Source of the DNA: Macrostomum lignano
Taxonomy: Eukaryota
Length of the DNA: 64,000 nucleotides
Assembly: GCA_002269645.1 (NCBI GenBank)
Contig: NIVC01003669.1
Coordinates: 19,922-83,921 of the forward strand
Reading direction: 5' to 3'
In this document: piece after piece, positions 63,195 to 64,000 of the stretch
Layout: each line of letters opens with the position of its first letter
How positions within the stretch are numbered: the stretch's first letter is position 1
Position numbers and translations under genes: made by a program
Notes under the pieces: model-generated
The model's database searches: none
Seen by the model: the letters and a program-made list of their open reading frames with translations, nothing else
What the model was told of the DNA's origin: nothing

Positions 63195-63511
63195 TCAGGA
63201 CAGCACGAAAGGCGCCGGCGCTTGCTGCAGCTGCTGACACGACGCGGCCCGCCTTACTCTAGCAGCCTGAATCACTGAAGCAGCCGGCTTTGCTGTTCCA
63301 CCGCTGCTACTAGAAGCAGCCGCGGGTACAGCAACAGCCGATACCTGCTGCTGCTGCTGCTGCTGCTGGACCGAAGCCTGTTGCGGCCTGGCGGCCGAGC
63401 TGCCGGAGAATTCCGGCCGAGGCCGAGGCAGGCGGCTCGATCGCGCGTCAGGCGGCCGGCCGCTGCCCCATGCCGTGCGCAGTTACAAGACTGCGCAGTT
63501 CAAAGTAGTAT
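63195..63511 (-). CDS. Probable terminal coding exon of a gene starting beyond the window; reading frame ambiguous
   Basis: ccccaacag acceptor; YYFELRSLVTAHGMGQRPAA* in one frame, Q/A/S-rich 90+ codons to TGA 63195 in the adjacent frame. Confidence 0.45.
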
Positions 63512-63589
63512 CTGTTGGGGAGTAGTGAGATGATAGGCAGATTCCTACACAGATTTCTGGGGTAGACAGGTTAGAATTGTATAGGTAGA

Positions 63590-64000
63590 CTTCTTAGTAG
63601 GGTAGATTCCTAGGGTAGGGTAGATTCCTAGGGTGGGTAGATTCCTAGGTAGGGTAGATTCCTAGGGTAGGGTAATTTCCTAGGGTAGGGTATATCCTCT
63701 TTAGGGTAGATAGATTAGTTAGGGTAGATTCTTCGGTAGGGTAGATTCTTCGGTAGGGTAGATTCTTTGATAGGGTAGATTCTTTGTAGGGTAGATTCTT
63801 TGATAGGGTAGATTCTTCGGTAGGGTAGATTCTTTGGTAGGGTAGATTCTTTGGTAGGGTTGATTCTTCGGTAGGGTAGATTCCTCGTAGGGTAGATTCC
63901 TCGTAGGACAGATTCCTCGTAGGACAGATTCTTTGGTAGGACAGATTCTTTGGTAGGACAGATTCCTCGGTAGGGTAGACTCATAGGGTCAGATTTCTAG
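63590..64000. repeat. 17-bp minisatellite
   Basis: gggtagattcttcggta and variants. Confidence 0.9.

Overview
Eukaryotic (metazoan) genomic DNA, not prokaryotic. GC-rich, polyQ/low-complexity exons separated by minisatellite-filled introns suggest a free-living flatworm such as Macrostomum; this taxon call is inference from sequence style only. I reconstructed two large minus-strand genes exon by exon with consistent GT-AG phases. The first is the 5' ~2100 codons of HYDIN (14 exons, ATG 18354, running off the window start). The second is a complete DEPDC5/GATOR1 gene (11 exons, 33352->20054, ~1811 aa). An intronless ankyrin-repeat gene sits on the + strand inside the last DEPDC5 intron. Other minus-strand coding units are a Met-less 200-codon exon (34841-35440), a 2-exon ~170-aa unknown protein (45735->43773), a 2-exon rhodopsin-class peptide-type GPCR (50313->47835), a 99-aa single-TM protein (59059->58760) and a frame-ambiguous terminal exon near 63.2-63.5 kb. 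Almost every intron holds its own distinct tandem repeat. An AT-rich 36-43.5 kb block holds a stack of non-autonomous TIR transposons whose insertion order can partly be read from the TSDs. Most long ORFs in the supplied track are translations of tandem repeats.
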